Source: Steroidobacteraceae bacterium (GTDB lineage: Bacteria; Pseudomonadota; Gammaproteobacteria; Steroidobacterales; Steroidobacteraceae). Taken from it: DNA of 64,000 nucleotides. The notes beneath the pieces were generated by a model that searched no databases, had not been told where the DNA came from, and was given only the letters and a program-made list of their open reading frames with translations. Shown here one piece after another: positions 60,222 through 64,000 of this stretch; within the stretch, counting starts at the first letter, position 1, and the number at the start of each line of letters is the position of its first letter. The position numbers were made by a program, and so were the translations under genes. The DNA lies in the NCBI GenBank assembly GCA_035534275.1, contig DATLSG010000016.1, positions 9,380 to 73,379 of the forward strand, written 5' to 3'.

Positions 60222-61355
60222 ATGTTCGCGCGACTGTCGGCGATGCTGGTCAAGGAGTTCCTGGAGATCCGCCGCGATCGGTGGTCAATGGTGCGGCTGA
60301 TCGTACCGTTGGTCGTGCAGATGCTGGCGTTCGGCTACGCCGCCACATTCACCGTGCACCACGTCGCCACAGTCGTGCTGGATCGCGACCAGAGCGCGGC
60401 AAGCCGCGACCTGATTTCGCATCTGACCGCCTCCGGCCGCTTCGACGTGGTGGATGTGGCGGGCTCGGACGCACAACTTCGAGCCGACATCGACCACGAC
60501 CGCGCGGTGATGGCAATCGTGATCCATCCCGAGTTCGAACGCGACCTGACCGATGGCGTGAGCGCTCCCGTGCAGATCGTCGTCGACGGCACCAATTCGA
60601 ACACGGCGCTGATCGCCCTCGCTTATGTCGGCCAGATCGTCGGCAACTTTTCGGCGGATGAGGCGAAGCGCCTGAGGCGTACCGCGGCGAGCGTGGCCGC
60701 CCCGCAGATCGGCATCGCGATCGAGGCCCGCCCTTGGTTCAACGCGGGGCTCGAGGACACCTGGTTCTTCATCCCGGGTGTGATCGGCACCCTGACCTTG
60801 ATGCAAGTGGTCAGCCTGACGGCGTTCGCGATTGTGCGCGAGCGCGAAGTGGGCACGCTCGAGCAGATCATGGTCAGCCCCATCCGCCCGTTCGAGTTCA
60901 TTCTCGGCAAGACCGTGCCGTTTTTTCTGATCGGCCTCGGCAGCGTCACGCTCGTGAGCGGCATCGGCATCCTCTGGTTCAAAGTGCCCTTCGTCGGCGA
61001 CCCGCTGGTCATGCTGGCCGGAGCGACCTTGTTCCTGCTGGCCGCGGTCGGCATGGGTCTATTGCTATCGACGTTCTCGAGAACCCAGCAACAGGCTTTC
61101 GCGCTCAATTTCTTCTTCGTCAATCCGTTCTTCATCCTGTCGGGATTCGCCTTTCCGATCGCCGCGATGCCGAAGGCCTTGCAGTGGTTCACGCTGATCA
61201 ACCCGCTGCGGTATTTCCTGGTGGTGATCCGCGCGGTATTCTTGAAGGGCGTCAGCTTCGCCGACCTCTGGCCGGACCTCGGCGCGATGGCCCTGCTCGG
61301 CGGCGCGATGCTGCTGACGAGCGTGCTGCGTTTTCGCGCCTCGCTCGATGCCTGA
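60222..61355 (+). CDS. ABC-2 type transporter permease (paralogue)
   Basis: 377 aa from the ATG at 60222. KEFLEIRRDRWS..., with the same architecture as the preceding gene. Confidence 0.88.
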   Translation: MFARLSAMLVKEFLEIRRDRWSMVRLIVPLVVQMLAFGYAATFTVHHVATVVLDRDQSAASRDLISHLTASGRFDVVDVAGSDAQLRADIDHDRAVMAIVIHPEFERDLTDGVSAPVQIVVDGTNSNTALIALAYVGQIVGNFSADEAKRLRRTAASVAAPQIGIAIEARPWFNAGLEDTWFFIPGVIGTLTLMQVVSLTAFAIVREREVGTLEQIMVSPIRPFEFILGKTVPFFLIGLGSVTLVSGIGILWFKVPFVGDPLVMLAGATLFLLAAVGMGLLLSTFSRTQQQAFALNFFFVNPFFILSGFAFPIAAMPKALQWFTLINPLRYFLVVIRAVFLKGVSFADLWPDLGAMALLGGAMLLTSVLRFRASLDA

Positions 61356-61404
61356 GCGGTCCGATCCCTCCGATCGACGGGCGCCGAGTGCGGTGAGGGC
61401 GGCC

Positions 61405-62805
61405 TCAGCCGGGGCCGAGCATCGAATCCGGCCGGACCCAGCGGTCGAACTGCGCTTCGCTCACGTAGCCGAGCGCGAGCGCCGCGGCTCGCAACGTGCT
61501 GCCCTCTTCGTGCGCCCGCTTCGCGACCTGCGCGGCCCGGTCGTAGCCGATGTGCGGACTGAGCGCCGTCACCAGCATCAAGGAGCGCTGGACCAGTTCC
61601 TCGATGCGCCGGCGGTCCGGCTCGATGCCGGCGACGCAATGATCGACGAAGCTCGTCGTCGCGTCGGCGAGCAGACCGATCGACTGCAGCAGGCTGTGGA
61701 CGATCAGCGGTTTCATGGTGTTCAATTCCAGCTGTCCCTGGCTGCCGGCGAGCGTGATGGTGACGTGGTTGCCGATCACCTGCGCGGCGACCATCAGCAG
61801 CGCCTCGATCTGCGTCGGATTGACCTTGCCGGGCATGATCGAGGAGCCCGGCTCGTTTTCCGGCAGATGCAGTTCGCCCAGGCCGCAGCGCGGACCCGAC
61901 GCCATGAGACGCAGGTCGTTGCCGATCTTGGTCAAGGAGGCGGCCAGTACGCTGAGCGCGCCGGAGAGTTCGACGAGCGCATCGTGGCTCGCAATGGCCT
62001 CGAACTTGTCGGCCGCGGCAACGAATGGCAGCCCGGTCAAGCGGGCCGCGGTTTCGACGAAGCGCGCATCGAATCCCGCGCGTGTGTTCAGCCCCGTGCC
62101 GACCGCGGTGCCACCCTGGGCAAGCGGGTACAGGCGGGGCAGACAGGCGAGGATGCGCGCCACGCCGAGCTCGATCTGCCGCGCGTAGGCGCCGAACTCC
62201 TGGCCGAGCGTGAGCGGCGTCGCGTCCTGCAGATGGGTGCGGCCGATCTTGACGATCGACGCGAAGGCGCCGGCCTTGGCACGGAGCGCGGCGTGCAGGT
62301 GGCGCAACGCCGGCAGCAACCGCCGGTCGATCTGTTCGACGGCGGCGAGGTGCATCGCGGTCGGAAAGCTGTCGTTCGAGGACTGGCCGCGATTGACGTG
62401 ATCATTGGGGTGCACCGGGTGCCGGCCGCCGCGGCCGGCGCCGAGCAACTCGTTGGCCCGTCCAGCCAGCACCTCGTTCATGTTCATGTTGGTTTGGGTT
62501 CCCGATCCGGTCTGCCAGACGACCAGCGGGAATTCATCGTCGTGCCGTCCGGCGATCACCTCATCGGCCGCGGCGACGATCGCCTCGCCGAGCCGCCCGT
62601 CGATCTCGCCGAGGTCCATGTTGGCGAGCGCCGCGGCCTTCTTCTGTACGGCCAGCGCCCGGATCAGCGCGACCGGCATCCGTTCGCTGCCGATGCGGAA
62701 GTTATCGAGTGAGCGCTGCGTCTGCGCTCCCCAGTAGTGCTCGGCGGGGACCTCGATCGCGCCCATGCTGTCGCGTTCGCTGCGGGTGGGGCTGGTTTGT
62801 TCCAT
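61405..62805 (-). CDS. fumC: class II fumarate hydratase
   Basis: 466 aa with the [13 protein letters not shown] signature and a [10 protein letters not shown] motif. Confidence 0.97.
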   Translation of the reverse strand: MEQTSPTRSERDSMGAIEVPAEHYWGAQTQRSLDNFRIGSERMPVALIRALAVQKKAAALANMDLGEIDGRLGEAIVAAADEVIAGRHDDEFPLVVWQTGSGTQTNMNMNEVLAGRANELLGAGRGGRHPVHPNDHVNRGQSSNDSFPTAMHLAAVEQIDRRLLPALRHLHAALRAKAGAFASIVKIGRTHLQDATPLTLGQEFGAYARQIELGVARILACLPRLYPLAQGGTAVGTGLNTRAGFDARFVETAARLTGLPFVAAADKFEAIASHDALVELSGALSVLAASLTKIGNDLRLMASGPRCGLGELHLPENEPGSSIMPGKVNPTQIEALLMVAAQVIGNHVTITLAGSQGQLELNTMKPLIVHSLLQSIGLLADATTSFVDHCVAGIEPDRRRIEELVQRSLMLVTALSPHIGYDRAAQVAKRAHEEGSTLRAAALALGYVSEAQFDRWVRPDSMLGPG

Positions 62806-62982
62806 GACGGGTGTCCTGCTGCGGTGTCATTGAGGATATGGTAACGCCCGCCGCAATCGCGCGGGTGCCGAAGCGGGCACGCGTGACAGCGCATGCCCTA
62901 CGGAGCGAGAATGGCGCTGACATTCTCCTTGGCTAAATTGCACACAAACGGCATGCGCGCGCGCGTGGACGGAGGTAATGAC

Positions 62983-64000
62983 GTGAAGAAGTATCTGACT
63001 CCCATGTTGATCCTTTTGCTGGGCACCTGCAGTCTCGCGGCGATCGCCGCCGACAAGCCCGCTGCCAAGGCCGCGGCCGGCGCCGCGGCCTCCAGCAAGG
63101 CGACCCCGCCGAAGGAACAGAAGTCCGTGACCCAGGGCAGCGTCACCGTGGAAGGGCGGCGCGTGGACTACACGGCCACCGCCGGCACCATTATCCTGCG
63201 CACTGCCAAGGGTAAGCCCACCGGCAGCATGTTCTACGTGGCATACACCAAGCGCGGCGTGAAGGACAAAAGCCGGCGGCCCGTGACGTTCTTCTACAAC
63301 GGCGGTCCGGGCTCTTCCTCGGTCTGGCTGCACATGGGGGCCTTCGGTCCGCAGCGGGTGGTGACCGCGGACCACAGCCACACGCCCGCTGCGCCGTACC
63401 AGCTGGTCAACAACGACTACAGCCTGCTGGACGTCAGTGACGAGGTCTTCGTCGATGCGATGGGCACCGGCTATAGCCGCATCATCGCCAAGGACAAGGG
63501 CGGCGTCGGCAAGCCCAAGGACTTCTACGGAGTTGACGCCGACGTCAAGTCCTTCGCCCAGTTCGTCAGCCGTTATCTGAGCGAGAACGGCCGGTGGAAT
63601 TCGCCGAAATACCTGTTCGGCGAGAGCTACGGCACGCCACGTTCGGCGGCGCTGGTGAATTATCTGCAATTGCACGACGACATGGATTTGAACGGCGTCA
63701 TTTTGCTGTCGTCCATATTGGATTTCAGGACCGCGAGCTTCAATGCCGGCAACGATCTGCCCTTCGAGCTGTTCCTGCCGAGCTATGCGGCGGTCGCGTG
63801 GTATCACCATGCGCTGCCGAACCAGCCGGCCGAGTTGCAGCCGCTGCTGCAGCAAGTGCAGCACTTCGCGCTGAACGGCTACGCGCAAGCGCTGAATCAG
63901 GGCAATGCGCTGAGCCCGACGGATTTCGCCGCGGTGGCGAGCAAGCTGCATGAATTCACCGGGCTCGGCGTCGGTTACCTCGAAAAAGCCGATTTGCGGG
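62983..64000 (+). CDS. S10-family serine carboxypeptidase-like protein (partial, runs off the window)
   Basis: My translation from the GTG at 62983 (GGAGG 7 nt upstream) gives VKKYLTPMLILLLGTCSLAAIAA...PVTFFYNGGPGSSSVWLHMGAFGP...YLFGESYGT. It is open to the window end and is not in the supplied ORF track. Confidence 0.75.
   Translation, partial: MKKYLTPMLILLLGTCSLAAIAADKPAAKAAAGAAASSKATPPKEQKSVTQGSVTVEGRRVDYTATAGTIILRTAKGKPTGSMFYVAYTKRGVKDKSRRPVTFFYNGGPGSSSVWLHMGAFGPQRVVTADHSHTPAAPYQLVNNDYSLLDVSDEVFVDAMGTGYSRIIAKDKGGVGKPKDFYGVDADVKSFAQFVSRYLSENGRWNSPKYLFGESYGTPRSAALVNYLQLHDDMDLNGVILLSSILDFRTASFNAGNDLPFELFLPSYAAVAWYHHALPNQPAELQPLLQQVQHFALNGYAQALNQGNALSPTDFAAVASKLHEFTGLGVGYLEKADLR

Overview
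This is a high-GC bacterial chromosomal segment with a proteobacteria-like groESL. It is densely coded, and the many long antisense ORFs look like GC-driven shadow ORFs. Ordinary content:
- groES-groEL, with a sigma-32-type promoter and an intrinsic terminator.
- An ArsR/SRPBCC pair.
- A cupin, Ldh_2 and ABM gene group.
- A co-directional GntR, TIGR04076-like, aldo/keto reductase, TonB-dependent receptor, MFS and PrnB-like cluster.
- A YghU-type GST.
- A Ser/Thr kinase next to a beta-propeller lipoprotein.
- An S53 peptidase, and an amidinotransferase with an M20 amidase.
- cyoABCD.
- A hybrid histidine kinase, a rhodanese and a KirBac-type K+ channel.
- A NodT/HlyD/ABC-2 exporter.
- fumC and a partial S10 peptidase.

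Several genes are decayed: katG has two frame disruptions, an isopropylmalate-dehydrogenase-family gene is degraded, a GST is truncated, and there are two integrase-core remnants.

The standout is on the minus strand at about 26.4-34.6 kb. A sequence that fits the fluoride riboswitch (crcB motif) by eye has its own sigma-70-like promoter. It precedes a six-gene complex I / group-4 [NiFe]-hydrogenase-like module. The 'large subunit' of that module has lost all four NiFe-ligating cysteines, which makes it Ehr-type (energy-converting hydrogenase-related). The module is followed directly by a crcB fluoride-channel gene, apparently N-terminally short, and a DUF190 gene. An enolase gene, the classical fluoride target, lies immediately upstream. 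I read this as a fluoride-responsive energy-converting membrane complex of unknown function. No rRNA, tRNA or CRISPR array was recognised.
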